Of a stretch of 64,000 bases of DNA, positions 44,150 to 54,900 are shown one piece after another; position 1 is the stretch's first letter, and every line of letters starts with the position of its first letter. The DNA comes from a virus. The position numbers were made by a program, and so were the translations under genes. The notes beneath the pieces are model-generated. The model saw only the letters and a program-made list of their open reading frames with translations, searched no databases and was not told the DNA's origin. Location: IMG/VR virus record IMGVR_UViG_3300030202_003733, positions 64,001-128,000 of that record; one strand, written 5' to 3'.

Positions 44150-47100
44150 TTATTCGTATTCTGTTTTCGTCTTAAAGTTGACATTTAAATCTATTTTCTT
44201 TCCAGTCTCAGTTGATCTAATCCTGAATTTAAACTTTTTGCCCCACAATGTATTTTCGTCGTAAAGACCGCCGCCTAATTTTGCAGTGTTTAAAGTGTCA
44301 GGCGTGTTTGTCGTGCCATCTAAAGCTTCGCCCCATTCGTTTTTAATTCCGCTGTCCTCAGTAGTTAACATACTCTGCTGCATGTTCGGTCTTATTAATA
44401 GTAATTTTTTAAAGCTCTTTGTTCCATCTACCGTTGCAGTGCTCTCAGGGCGGAAGGAGTTAATCAATGGATAAACACTACCACCGTCGTCGACCATTTC
44501 TACTTCATAAATAGATGTCGGATTCGAGAAAGTCCCATGAAAATCGACACATCTAAATGTGTAATAGTATTTAGTGTTTGGTATTAAATTATCCTCCAGT
44601 GAAGGAGACAAATTGCGTATAACGTTTGGCTTTTCAGAGAAAAAGGTACTCAATTTTTTACGAAGTTTCCCGGCAAAGTCTTGATATGATGTAGGTTTTG
44701 TAGTTGTCCGGTAGATTTCTATGTATGAAGGATAATCATCATACCCAGTTGTATGCCCATCCTCTATCCTTTGACCAGTAGCGTAAATGACCTGTGACTC
44801 GTCTGCCGGGTTCCTGGGTAGAGAATTGATAATGTTCTGATCCCCAGGTTCAATAGCTATAGGGACTTCTGTGCTTATACCAAAGGCGCATGTAAAGTTT
44901 AAAAGTATTTTATCGCTGACCGATCTGTAAGATACAATATTTACATCCGGTTTCCTGGGTGGTTTATCTGACACCTTGGATATTGCGCTGCCATAGGGCG
45001 CAAGCACAATACTAGACTTTGGACGTATTTCCAAGTCAACTGTTGCGTTATAACTTAATACTTCACCTGCGCCTTCTACTATCTCTTCTTCAGAATATTC
45101 CGCATTCATGTCGAAAGGAATTACAGACTCGGGCACAAATACTGTCGAAGAGTTTGTCCAAGAACCATTCTCCTCTGTAAAAAGGTCAGGAAACCTATTA
45201 AGATACTCTCGAAATTCTGCTCTAACTTCAGCTATGCTAGTGTAAGTTTTGTCGGGGTCTAAGACAGGTTCATTGCTATCGTCTAAAGCAAGATTGTGTG
45301 TTTGGAGCCACCTGATGGGTATCCGATATCTATAAATGTTTATAACCCCGCCATATGTATCGCCAGCCCCCACAGTTGGGTTAATCTCCAGATCTTTAGA
45401 ATCTCCGATATTTGGGTAATCTAAAATTTCCAGATCGTCAAGAACAGTTAGGTATGCTATATTTGGCGGGGCTGCAAATGCGTTATCCGGCAGATCTCCG
45501 ATCAGTACATCATAAAGAGAAACGAAGCTAAACCCCGACTCAAACAAAACCGGTCCCGGCCTTGGTTGAACAACGCGCTCGACGCACAGATCTCCTGCGC
45601 CTGCACAGGACCACGTATTGAAAGGTGCGATTATTCCGCCTTCGTTGTCTCCCAAATTCATCATCCTTGGAAAATAACTCCCCCAACTAGAATCCTCATC
45701 AGCGTTATATATATATGCACGTTCAGGCAACCCAATCTCATCTGTGTGTTTCCACCTGTTGAAACCACCAACACGCTCAGTAGAACCTTGATCCCACATA
45801 AATGGGTCTCTAGAATTTGGGGATGGGCTATCTTCATCGATGCCATCTAATGGCGAAGCAAATGTGAATTCTACATGAGTTATGACTGGTGCGGCGTCTC
45901 TATTTGTCGCCACAGACTCAACAGAAAATTGGTACTCCTGTCCTAACACATATTTTGCTTCATGCACTTCATAGTAATATTGTTTTCCAAACTTAACCTG
46001 CGTATCAACATATGAGATATTATTATCAGGTACATCAAACAAAGAGTTGGCGATATATATTTGCTGTATCATTTCGCCATTTTCATCATTATCTTTTTTA
46101 GTAATTCTGTAGCCTAATGTCTCAGTGTAAGCTAATTCGCCTTGCTGAAAGAGGGCGCTAAAGCCTCTAGCTTTTCCTTCCTCTATAAAATATATATCAT
46201 CTATAAAGTTATTATAGTTACCTTCGCGGAGATATCCTCCATCTAATTGGTTTTGTATGTACAACTCTTCGTCTTCGGGACAAACGGAGTAAAAGTTTTG
46301 TAAGGGGATCCCAGTAGCAGTAGGCTTATATATATGATATCCTTGTGTATCTTCGGAGGAGAAAAAATTTGGAACAGTAGCTCCTGACTCTGGATCGCTA
46401 TATAATTCCGGATCTTCCGCCCATAAAATAGAGTTTCTGTGACCAAAAGATATAGTTTCATTGCTGGCATCTGAGGCCCTGTAGACCTCAAATAATTCAT
46501 TGAAAGAAGTATAGTGAGCCTCAGGCGAAGAAAGATTATACAGCACTGGCCGGGTTGAGGCTTCGGATAAGACCCATGAAGAGAAAGCAAAAGTTAGATG
46601 CCTGGAGGCGAGAGACGCGGCATAGCTGCTACCGGCTGCAACCGTACCGTCCTCTCCTGCGTAGTCTTCGGGAAAATCTCGGTTGAAAGATACCCCACCA
46701 TAGAATGGGTGACGCCAAGAGTTCTGTGGGACCATCTCAAAATTATATGCCCACGAATCTTTATATGCTTTATTATCAAATACAAGTTTCTCATTTTTTT
46801 TATTAATTTTATTGATCTTATCTACAGATATATCCTCAAAAGAGTTGGCAAAATCATTGTAATATGTTTTTAACGTAACATCCAGGTCCGCACTGTCTTC
46901 CGGCAAATATTCTAAACCTTTAGAATCCACAAGATCAAAGAGGGTTGTGTGTTCAAATAAATCCGGGTAATCAACACGATCATCTATAATCGGCTTATCC
47001 GCATTTGTTACATAATATAAATAATTGAAATAAGCATTTGGCAATGACCGCTCATTTACGCTTAGACCTAAAGAGAAATCTTCATATTCTTCTTGGAAAT

Positions 47101-47569
47101 AATTATAAGAAGATAAACCTTTTATAGATTCGGGCTCGAAGCAAACAAAGGTTCCGTCGTAATAGCTTTCGCTTTCTTGAAAATAAGCCTTCATCTCTGC
47201 TTCAAAATCCTCTTGTGATGCATATTGAGTCGCGTCGGCAGTGACTAAAAACTTATGTGATTTTATGGGCCGTAGCGTCCCACCATCGTCCACATATGAA
47301 CCCTCATATTCTGTTGTATCCTCCATTCGCACAACAAATTCTCCCGAAGAAACATACCCATCTGACCCGGCATACCCGGCAGGCACGACAAGTGCGAACC
47401 TATCAGCGGTGCCATCAAAAGCAATAAAGTTGCCCAGGCTATCAGTTCTGTACAAAGCTGTTGATGAATCCCACAGGTAGCCCATAGATTTTCTAAAGTT
47501 AGAAAATGTTGAGACCCCCTCAGGGTTACTTATTGAGTGTTTATGAAAATAGTATTTTGCGTTTGACAT
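44150..47569 (-). CDS. Large acidic probable virion protein
   Basis: 1139 aa in the baseplate operon; upstream motif; fibronectin-like DTQVKFGKQYYYEV and PNTKYYYTFR segments. Confidence 0.6.
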   Translation of the reverse strand: MSNAKYYFHKHSISNPEGVSTFSNFRKSMGYLWDSSTALYRTDSLGNFIAFDGTADRFALVVPAGYAGSDGYVSSGEFVVRMEDTTEYEGSYVDDGGTLRPIKSHKFLVTADATQYASQEDFEAEMKAYFQESESYYDGTFVCFEPESIKGLSSYNYFQEEYEDFSLGLSVNERSLPNAYFNYLYYVTNADKPIIDDRVDYPDLFEHTTLFDLVDSKGLEYLPEDSADLDVTLKTYYNDFANSFEDISVDKINKINKKNEKLVFDNKAYKDSWAYNFEMVPQNSWRHPFYGGVSFNRDFPEDYAGEDGTVAAGSSYAASLASRHLTFAFSSWVLSEASTRPVLYNLSSPEAHYTSFNELFEVYRASDASNETISFGHRNSILWAEDPELYSDPESGATVPNFFSSEDTQGYHIYKPTATGIPLQNFYSVCPEDEELYIQNQLDGGYLREGNYNNFIDDIYFIEEGKARGFSALFQQGELAYTETLGYRITKKDNDENGEMIQQIYIANSLFDVPDNNISYVDTQVKFGKQYYYEVHEAKYVLGQEYQFSVESVATNRDAAPVITHVEFTFASPLDGIDEDSPSPNSRDPFMWDQGSTERVGGFNRWKHTDEIGLPERAYIYNADEDSSWGSYFPRMMNLGDNEGGIIAPFNTWSCAGAGDLCVERVVQPRPGPVLFESGFSFVSLYDVLIGDLPDNAFAAPPNIAYLTVLDDLEILDYPNIGDSKDLEINPTVGAGDTYGGVINIYRYRIPIRWLQTHNLALDDSNEPVLDPDKTYTSIAEVRAEFREYLNRFPDLFTEENGSWTNSSTVFVPESVIPFDMNAEYSEEEIVEGAGEVLSYNATVDLEIRPKSSIVLAPYGSAISKVSDKPPRKPDVNIVSYRSVSDKILLNFTCAFGISTEVPIAIEPGDQNIINSLPRNPADESQVIYATGQRIEDGHTTGYDDYPSYIEIYRTTTKPTSYQDFAGKLRKKLSTFFSEKPNVIRNLSPSLEDNLIPNTKYYYTFRCVDFHGTFSNPTSIYEVEMVDDGGSVYPLINSFRPESTATVDGTKSFKKLLLIRPNMQQSMLTTEDSGIKNEWGEALDGTTNTPDTLNTAKLGGGLYDENTLWGKKFKFRIRSTETGKKIDLNVNFKTKTEYE

Positions 47570-47581
47570 TTTTTACCTTAA

Positions 47582-47589
47582 TAATTAGT
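47582..47589 (-). promoter_or_regulatory. Candidate late promoter ACTAATTA
   Basis: Overlaps the stop of 47585-50764, 12 nt upstream of 47569. Confidence 0.5.
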
Positions 47590-50500
47590 ATCCACCACCA
47601 GAACTTCCGCCCCGAGAACCCCCGGATGTTGTTCTTCTTGGCCTCGTGCGCCCCATCTGCGTCTCAAGTCCATTTCTAGTCCTAGCCGACATCACAAGAT
47701 CGTATGGCGAAAAGGTAATTGTCATCCCCCTTGGGCCAGTATTGATAATCCCTGGGGTGTCCGAATACGAGTAGGCAGGCGTCACTGGGGATCCGGGAAC
47801 CCCCGCCACTTCTTGGTTGCGAATTAAATAAGTTGCTGTCGGTTCGGAGACAAATCTAGCAGTTGTCTGCACCTGTTGTTCCGTTGCCTGCGGTTGGGAA
47901 GAAGCGGGTGGGGCATCTGAGGGGAATGCATACGCGCCATCAAGCGCAAATTGATCTTCCAAATAGACTTCCTCTGCATCATAAAAATCCCTTTGTTCGA
48001 TCAAGACGACGTCTGGGTCTGGGCTGGACTCCTCGGCCTCGTCATATGTGATCTCTATACTACCGTAGCCTGCTGCTTGTAAATCGTCAGGCTCCTGTGC
48101 CTCTGAACTTTGACTGTCCGGCAGCACAAGCACTACCTCGTCAAATGCCCCTATTAATGCACTCTCTAAATTGCCTGTCTGTACTCCGCGATTATTTCCC
48201 ACCAACCTCACGAGAAAGGCTTCATCGGAACCATCGTCAGACAACACAGACCTATTGAATGCTTCCCAAGAATCATCCGCCACCCCACCGGGGCCGGAGC
48301 CTCTGTAATACTCGATCCCTATACTAAGATTTCTTAGATAGTCTTTGCCCCCGCTAATAGATAGTTGGGACGCCAAATCTCGTATAGCGCGTGCTTCAAC
48401 ATCTGTTATGGACCCGCCTTGCCCTTTATGAGAGTCTTGTAAGTCTAAACCTTCTTTGTGGAATTTATCACTTTTAGAAAAAATATCCTCCGAGTCCGTC
48501 TGATCGGAGGTCATCGTGTCTTGCTCTTCCTCATAGATGTCAATCGTCGCATCGAGCGGTATATCAATAAGTCCCGAATTAGCTTCTACAAAGGGATCTG
48601 GGGCCGTCAGCGAATTTGAGGCAACATCATATGCAATTCCTTCGCGAGCGCCAGCAGGCGGCAATGAGTGCGATCTGGAGCCTGCTTGGCCGTCTATAGC
48701 AGCTATCGCTGCGTTCGCTGTAATGGCCTGGTCCCCTAAGCCCTTAGAAGTCAGCAAGTTAACTTTGCCTATAGAATATCTAACCTCTGTTGGTGTGAGA
48801 CTACTAAATGTTCTTTTACCGCTCTGTCTAAATCTTTCTCGAAGAGAGTTTTTAGTCAGATACGTCAAGCCAGAACGTGAGCTTTTTGCAGCGCCCCCCC
48901 AATAATCATAACCTAAATTGTTTATAATAGATGAATTGAATACCTCATCAAATGTATATTTAATAATCATTGCACCCCTAGTCATAGAACCGTGCGCCTT
49001 TTTAAGATCTGCTCGGTCTTGAGACGAGGATTCTTTGCCTGGTTTGCTGGGGCCTACCGCCCTTGTCAGAATATCTTCCGCGTGTTGGATTAATTTTATA
49101 AATTCTCCAATTCCTTTAACTGTGCCAGTCGACGGTCTAACCATATAACTTAATTTTTTATAATACACACGAAACTTTTTGTTAGTTAATGTATTGAGTA
49201 TATTTAAGAACTCATAAACAGACCTGTTCCACACAGCAGATTTTATTGCAGAGATATCTTGTGAACCATTAAATTCTGTGGCGGTTGGTATACCTTGTTG
49301 TTTATTAATTGCGGTAACAAAGGAGGGCGAGAACCGGTTTGATTGATGTATGAATTTCCCAGGACCAGAGGCTCTCCTATAATATTGGGACATAACTTTT
49401 TTTATCTTTCTAAGTTTTCGTAGTTTTTTCAAGAGAAGCTTATGAGTCGGATCTTCCATCAATATTTCTACAGAATAACGATATTTCCCATCATCAGTTG
49501 TAGACATGGAATTGTCAAAAACCATAAAACTCCTATATCGACCACCGTTTCTTAATTTTATCTCCGATATAGAACCAACATATGAATCTTTATTGTTATC
49601 TTTTTTAGAATCAATTTCATTATATTGTTTTTCCAAGATCCCCGCCGCCGAGTCCGCAGAAAAACATATTAGTTCTTTTGAGTTATTTGAGCCTTTTGTT
49701 GGTGAATAATTTTCCTCAAAGACTCTCTCTCTAAATACCTTTATTGATTTAATGCGTGCTGACCTGAACCCCTGTGGCATGGATCTGGTGAGGCCCGCGA
49801 ATTTGTTGTTATCTTTAATGGCCGACAAATAATCAAAACTAAATATAAAGCGGCAGGCGTTATTTTTATCTCTACTAATGTAGGACTTTGAGAAATAAGT
49901 TCTTGGCGCAGAATCTTTTTGAGGTAATTTAATAGCTGTCTTAAGAGTGTCGTACAACGTGTAATCGTGTATCTTACTATTACCCACCCTAACTCGCCTG
50001 AGATTGTTTATGTCGGCTGTACCTGCACTGGTTGGGCCAGGACCAAAATTAATCGGACCCTGCCAAATTACGCCAGTCTGATCTACGAACGCCGCTCTAT
50101 TTTCTACTTTTCTTCCCCTGATTGTTAAAGGTTCCGCAGCAATTTTGCCCCGGTATCGTTGCAGTTTTCGGGGTGGTTTAGACAAATAGCCATCCTCTAG
50201 CATTGACTCTACGTCTAAGTAGCAAACTGCAAAGTAATACAGGTGATCATAATCCTCCACGTCAAAAGATGCTTCGTAAGGAATTTTATATATTATTCCA
50301 TTACCAGAACGATAGTTATAATAGTCAGTTATTTTGCCTCGCTTGGCGGCTGATAGAACAACCTCTTTAATACCTTGTATCCTGCTTAGCCTTTTTGAGT
50401 AAACATCGATTTCTCCTGCAATTAACTTTCTTGTAACCTCCGGTGAACTACATTGTATGACTCTGACTTTAAGATATTTTCTCTTTTCCTCGTCGTCAAA

Positions 50501-50764
50501 CCAGATTCCCTTATCGACATCCCGAATAGAAAGATTTAGTCTCGCAACAATGGGTTTATCAACAGCAAATGCTTTTGGTTGCACGTCTAGTTCATATACC
50601 AAAGATCCATATTTGTTCCTTGTCATATTTGCTTTAATAATATCTTTTTTCCCGTTAGTTCCCGATGAAAAGAGTGTGTTTATTTTATCTATAGTAACAT
50701 CCGGCACATAACTTTGAGTCCTACCAGAGCTTACGATAATTTTAGCCTGCTTTTTAGTAAACAT
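47585..50764 (-). CDS. Large hypothetical protein (baseplate operon)
   Basis: 1059 aa, translationally coupled to neighbours. Confidence 0.65.
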   Translation of the reverse strand: MFTKKQAKIIVSSGRTQSYVPDVTIDKINTLFSSGTNGKKDIIKANMTRNKYGSLVYELDVQPKAFAVDKPIVARLNLSIRDVDKGIWFDDEEKRKYLKVRVIQCSSPEVTRKLIAGEIDVYSKRLSRIQGIKEVVLSAAKRGKITDYYNYRSGNGIIYKIPYEASFDVEDYDHLYYFAVCYLDVESMLEDGYLSKPPRKLQRYRGKIAAEPLTIRGRKVENRAAFVDQTGVIWQGPINFGPGPTSAGTADINNLRRVRVGNSKIHDYTLYDTLKTAIKLPQKDSAPRTYFSKSYISRDKNNACRFIFSFDYLSAIKDNNKFAGLTRSMPQGFRSARIKSIKVFRERVFEENYSPTKGSNNSKELICFSADSAAGILEKQYNEIDSKKDNNKDSYVGSISEIKLRNGGRYRSFMVFDNSMSTTDDGKYRYSVEILMEDPTHKLLLKKLRKLRKIKKVMSQYYRRASGPGKFIHQSNRFSPSFVTAINKQQGIPTATEFNGSQDISAIKSAVWNRSVYEFLNILNTLTNKKFRVYYKKLSYMVRPSTGTVKGIGEFIKLIQHAEDILTRAVGPSKPGKESSSQDRADLKKAHGSMTRGAMIIKYTFDEVFNSSIINNLGYDYWGGAAKSSRSGLTYLTKNSLRERFRQSGKRTFSSLTPTEVRYSIGKVNLLTSKGLGDQAITANAAIAAIDGQAGSRSHSLPPAGAREGIAYDVASNSLTAPDPFVEANSGLIDIPLDATIDIYEEEQDTMTSDQTDSEDIFSKSDKFHKEGLDLQDSHKGQGGSITDVEARAIRDLASQLSISGGKDYLRNLSIGIEYYRGSGPGGVADDSWEAFNRSVLSDDGSDEAFLVRLVGNNRGVQTGNLESALIGAFDEVVLVLPDSQSSEAQEPDDLQAAGYGSIEITYDEAEESSPDPDVVLIEQRDFYDAEEVYLEDQFALDGAYAFPSDAPPASSQPQATEQQVQTTARFVSEPTATYLIRNQEVAGVPGSPVTPAYSYSDTPGIINTGPRGMTITFSPYDLVMSARTRNGLETQMGRTRPRRTTSGGSRGGSSGGGY

Positions 50765-51939
50765 TATTCGCCCTCCTCATCGCAGTCATCATCTAGCTCT
50801 GGGCATGCCTCATAAGCCGACTCTGTCTCATATATATCCACGAGGGCTATTTCTGTTGTTGTGCCGCTTTCAATACCCGTATCAACATAGAAACCCTTGG
50901 ATTTCATAAATTCAAGTGATTTTATTAAAACGCTTTCATCTATTTCTTCATCCACGAGGATATCAAAATATGTGCTAGTCAAAAGATCAGAAGGGTAACT
51001 GCCCTTTGTCGCCCTAATCTTAGCATTTATCTGTTCATCTTCTAACAATAAGTTGTCTTCTACTACTTCTACTTTTTTATTAAAGTATATCTTTCTAAGT
51101 CGTTCCTCTATTCTGCTCCTGGCTGTGCCTGAGGTTTCGCCAACATTATGAGACACGTAATCACCAAGACTTAAGTCCTCTACTTCAAAAACTTCTATTT
51201 CAAATTTATCATTAATATATTTGCTTCCATCCTCTTCGATGCTGAGTAAAAGATAGTCTGGCCTGATATCCAAAGTCTTTCCGTCAGGAAACTGGACCGA
51301 CAACTCAAAATCACTTTTAAACTTTGGATCATCTATTAAAGATATAGTATATTCCACGCTGGAGCTAAGTTGAGGTATATTAGTCGTGGGCTGTGATGAT
51401 ACTGTAGTGGCGTCTGAAGAACCAGTTAGTTCACCATTTAAATAATAAATTTTCCAAGATGCATTGTTTTTGGTCAAATTATCAGTTTTTCCCAAAACAT
51501 CAGACATACAATAATACGGCACTTTCTGGGGTGTCGCCGAGAAGGTAGAATATTTTACGGTCTCGCCAAATTGTGTTGTTAGTTCAACTCCCGCCGGGCC
51601 TGCTGCCTCGGGGCCCGGTGCGAACATGCCTGTATCAAATTTAACTCCCTCAAAATCAGCGCCCTCATCAAATGCTAAAAGATAATAGTCAGTGGTATAT
51701 GTTTCAGAACTCTTAAATACTGCCTGTGTCCTGAGTTGTGGGGTGTCGTCTTGGATTCGTTTTTGTATATCTTTAGTAGCGGTTGCAGCGATCCCTGGTG
51801 CTTTTCTTGAATCATACAGTACGTTGTTGTCATGAAAGGAATAATACACAGGTTTTAGTTTGCCAAGAGACAGTAGATATTCTCCCCACGGGGTGAGTTG
51901 CAAATCTAAGACATCTTCTTTCTTATCCATAAATTTCAT
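50764..51939 (-). CDS. Virion structural protein with N-terminus paralogous to 43196-44095
   Basis: DLQLTPWGEYLLSLG...YSFHDNNVLY. Confidence 0.6.
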   Translation of the reverse strand: MKFMDKKEDVLDLQLTPWGEYLLSLGKLKPVYYSFHDNNVLYDSRKAPGIAATATKDIQKRIQDDTPQLRTQAVFKSSETYTTDYYLLAFDEGADFEGVKFDTGMFAPGPEAAGPAGVELTTQFGETVKYSTFSATPQKVPYYCMSDVLGKTDNLTKNNASWKIYYLNGELTGSSDATTVSSQPTTNIPQLSSSVEYTISLIDDPKFKSDFELSVQFPDGKTLDIRPDYLLLSIEEDGSKYINDKFEIEVFEVEDLSLGDYVSHNVGETSGTARSRIEERLRKIYFNKKVEVVEDNLLLEDEQINAKIRATKGSYPSDLLTSTYFDILVDEEIDESVLIKSLEFMKSKGFYVDTGIESGTTTEIALVDIYETESAYEACPELDDDCDEEGE

Positions 51940-54900
51940 TTAATCGCCCACCTTTCGTACAGCCTCGTTGTGTGCGTCCCCAAAGGACATCCCGGCTTCC
52001 ATAGAGTTTACCATTTCTAATATGTGTTCCGAAGAGTGGTGTTGGGAGTGGGCTCTAAGATCTGATTGCTGTTGTATGGTCAATCTAGACACGTCTATAT
52101 TGTTAACTGTTGGTACAGAATCAGATTCAATGCGACCGGTCGCAGAATTTCCGGTATCTAAAGTAATTTCTGTATCCAATTTAACAAACTCAACTAAAGA
52201 AAAGAAATCATATGGCCAGTTGTAGCTGTATTTTTCCTTTTGTGTCCTTCCAAGGGTAACCCCAAAATCATAAACATCACTCTTCCCCTTACTACTAATT
52301 ACCTGCTCATAGTAATTTGTCTCTGCTTTTTGCTTAACTTTAAAGACCATAAATTTCATATTGTTCATATTACTTGGCTTGAGCATCTCACCGACCATCA
52401 GAGGGTGTGTGATAGTAGATTCGGCTTGCTCAAAAGAGGCTCCAATATCGGGTGGTATATTTTGCCAGATGTATGATAAATCATCTTTAGATAGAGTCTG
52501 TGAAAACTCAAATACATACATGGCCACAGGTTTGACCGCGTTAGGGAAATTGATAAAGTCCATATATGGAGGGAATACATACTCATTCATAGCTGTAACT
52601 AGCTTCCCAACTGAAGACTCTGGCGTGGCATTTCTAATGGTATTTTTGGGAATATTAAAAAATTTCTTTCCAGCGCCTGTTTCCATAAATGGAACAACAA
52701 CCACTGCCTCTTTAACAACTTTGCTGTCTGAAAGTTCGCCCAGCCTAGTAGAGGTTTTCTCGAATGGTACAACATCCAATAGAGATTTAATTCGACCGCT
52801 ATCATATTTATTAGTCACTAAAGCTGGGGCATACGACAATCTGTTATGAATCCAGTTTCTTGGAATCTCTTCAATTTCAAGAAAGATGCCTTTGTCGGGT
52901 GCATCTGGCATAAGCCCAAACTGGTGCCACATACCTCTTGGTACCGACTCGGAGCCGTGCTGTGGAATAGTTAAAGTTCCTTTATTTATATCGGTTTGGA
53001 ATCTACCGTCTGACGCGGTTATGGGCCTGACGCTATTATCGGCAAAATTAAGCATTGGTGTTTCAAATTTTGGCTGTATTACCCACACACCCTTGTTGTC
53101 AGTCTCGGTATCAGACACAGATGTCACATTGCCAAATTCATCATATTCAATATTTTTTTCTGTAGCCCGACCAAAGATGTTCAGTGAAGCTGAGACTTGC
53201 ATCGCGTTCTTATTGATATTTTGTCTCGAATAAATACTACAAAGTTCTGTGGTTGGCCCTCCATTGGGGCCGGTCATTGTGTGTTCATCAAATCTAAACG
53301 GCACTTGGCTTGCACTAGTAAAAATTTCTCTTAATGTGTGTCTGTCCGACGATGCAGAGAATATTATATCGTACCAAGCTTCCCCATCATAGTATGGTGG
53401 AGTGAACCCAGGGTTTAAACCACCAAGAGAGTCCATCCGAAGTCTATTAAAATTACCATCCTTTCTGCCGGAGCCCGGTGGACCAAAAGCGCTCGGCCTA
53501 CTGTACATGGTAAATGTTTCTCGTATATTGTTGTTCAATACTTCACCAAGTGTAAGGTTCGGAACAGGGAATGGGCTAATAGTAGTGTTGTCCGCGCCAG
53601 TACCAGAAACATAAGTTCTTGGCTGGTTGTAGCTTCTTCTAAGCTTAATTCTTGCGGCGTAGTATTGCCCAGGAACAAACTGTTTAAATTCATTTTCCGG
53701 CTTGGACCTAAGAGTGGTAAACTTTCCGTCTGGAAGGAAGAAAGACGGAACTTCAGCAAAAAAATTGCTCGCCATCATACTATAAAGACTGTCCCCATCT
53801 CCTGTCCAAGAAGCTGTAACATTTAGGCGACAATCAGTATGTGGTTCCATATCGACCATAGTCATATTTTTAACGTGCCTTTCTGGATTGACGATGGCCT
53901 CAAACGGTATTCTCCTATCAAAACTTGCTGTACCCAGCCCAGTGCTGCCGGGGTCTGGCCCTCTAGGCGATCCGGAAACTATCATGTGATAGTCAAAACC
54001 TTTTGCTACTCCCGAGGTTTGTACATAATACGACCCAGTGAATATTGGGTAATCTACTGCAAGACCGGACTTTATAGAGTTATACATAATGCCAGGCGCA
54101 TATGCCCAATTCATAAATGGTCTCCATGCGGCTTTTGGATAAAGCGTAGCATCTTGTACAGTTTGACTTGAAGTTGCATTTATATATTTGCCATAGGACT
54201 TCGAAAATTGCGAGGCCAACTCTAGCGTTCTCTCCGCTGGGTAGAACCCGTTGTAGGGTAAGAATTTTTTAAGCGCTTTCATTTTTAGTGTTAATGAAGA
54301 GGGCTTAGCCAGCCGCCTATGATCGGTTTTCATTATTTCAAAATATTTCATGAAATCGCTAAAAGAGAAAATGGTGTAAAAATTATCAACACTACTATTA
54401 TTAGGAACATCCGAACTGTCAGGAATACCAAACATACTAAATGATGATGTGTTGTCTGCCAGGAAGTTGTTACTAGAAGATACAACATATTTTTCTATAT
54501 GTTCGCTTATTCTAAATTCAGGTACTAAACTATAATCTTTATTTAGAAGTCTTAAACTCTCTGCGTAGTCTTGGTAAGAGTCATACCAAGGATTTCTTGA
54601 AGCCGAAACAAAAACACCATCAACGACCTTGCCTGCGGTGCGACCAGCATCCCAAGCAGCGTTTCCGCCGGAAATCTGCATAACTCCCAGAGGGAAGTTG
54701 CCGGCGGGTATAGCAACAGAACGCGTCTCAGGTATGTTTATAACGCCACCCGCGTTACCGTATCCCACTACAGAGCCTGTTGCAGATAACATGTGTTTTC
54801 TGGCATACAACGCTGAAGCTGTCAGGTGTGTTTTGTCAGTATGGTGTACTTGAACATAGTTATTTTGTAGCTCGCCCGACTTCTTATCTGAAGCGCTATA

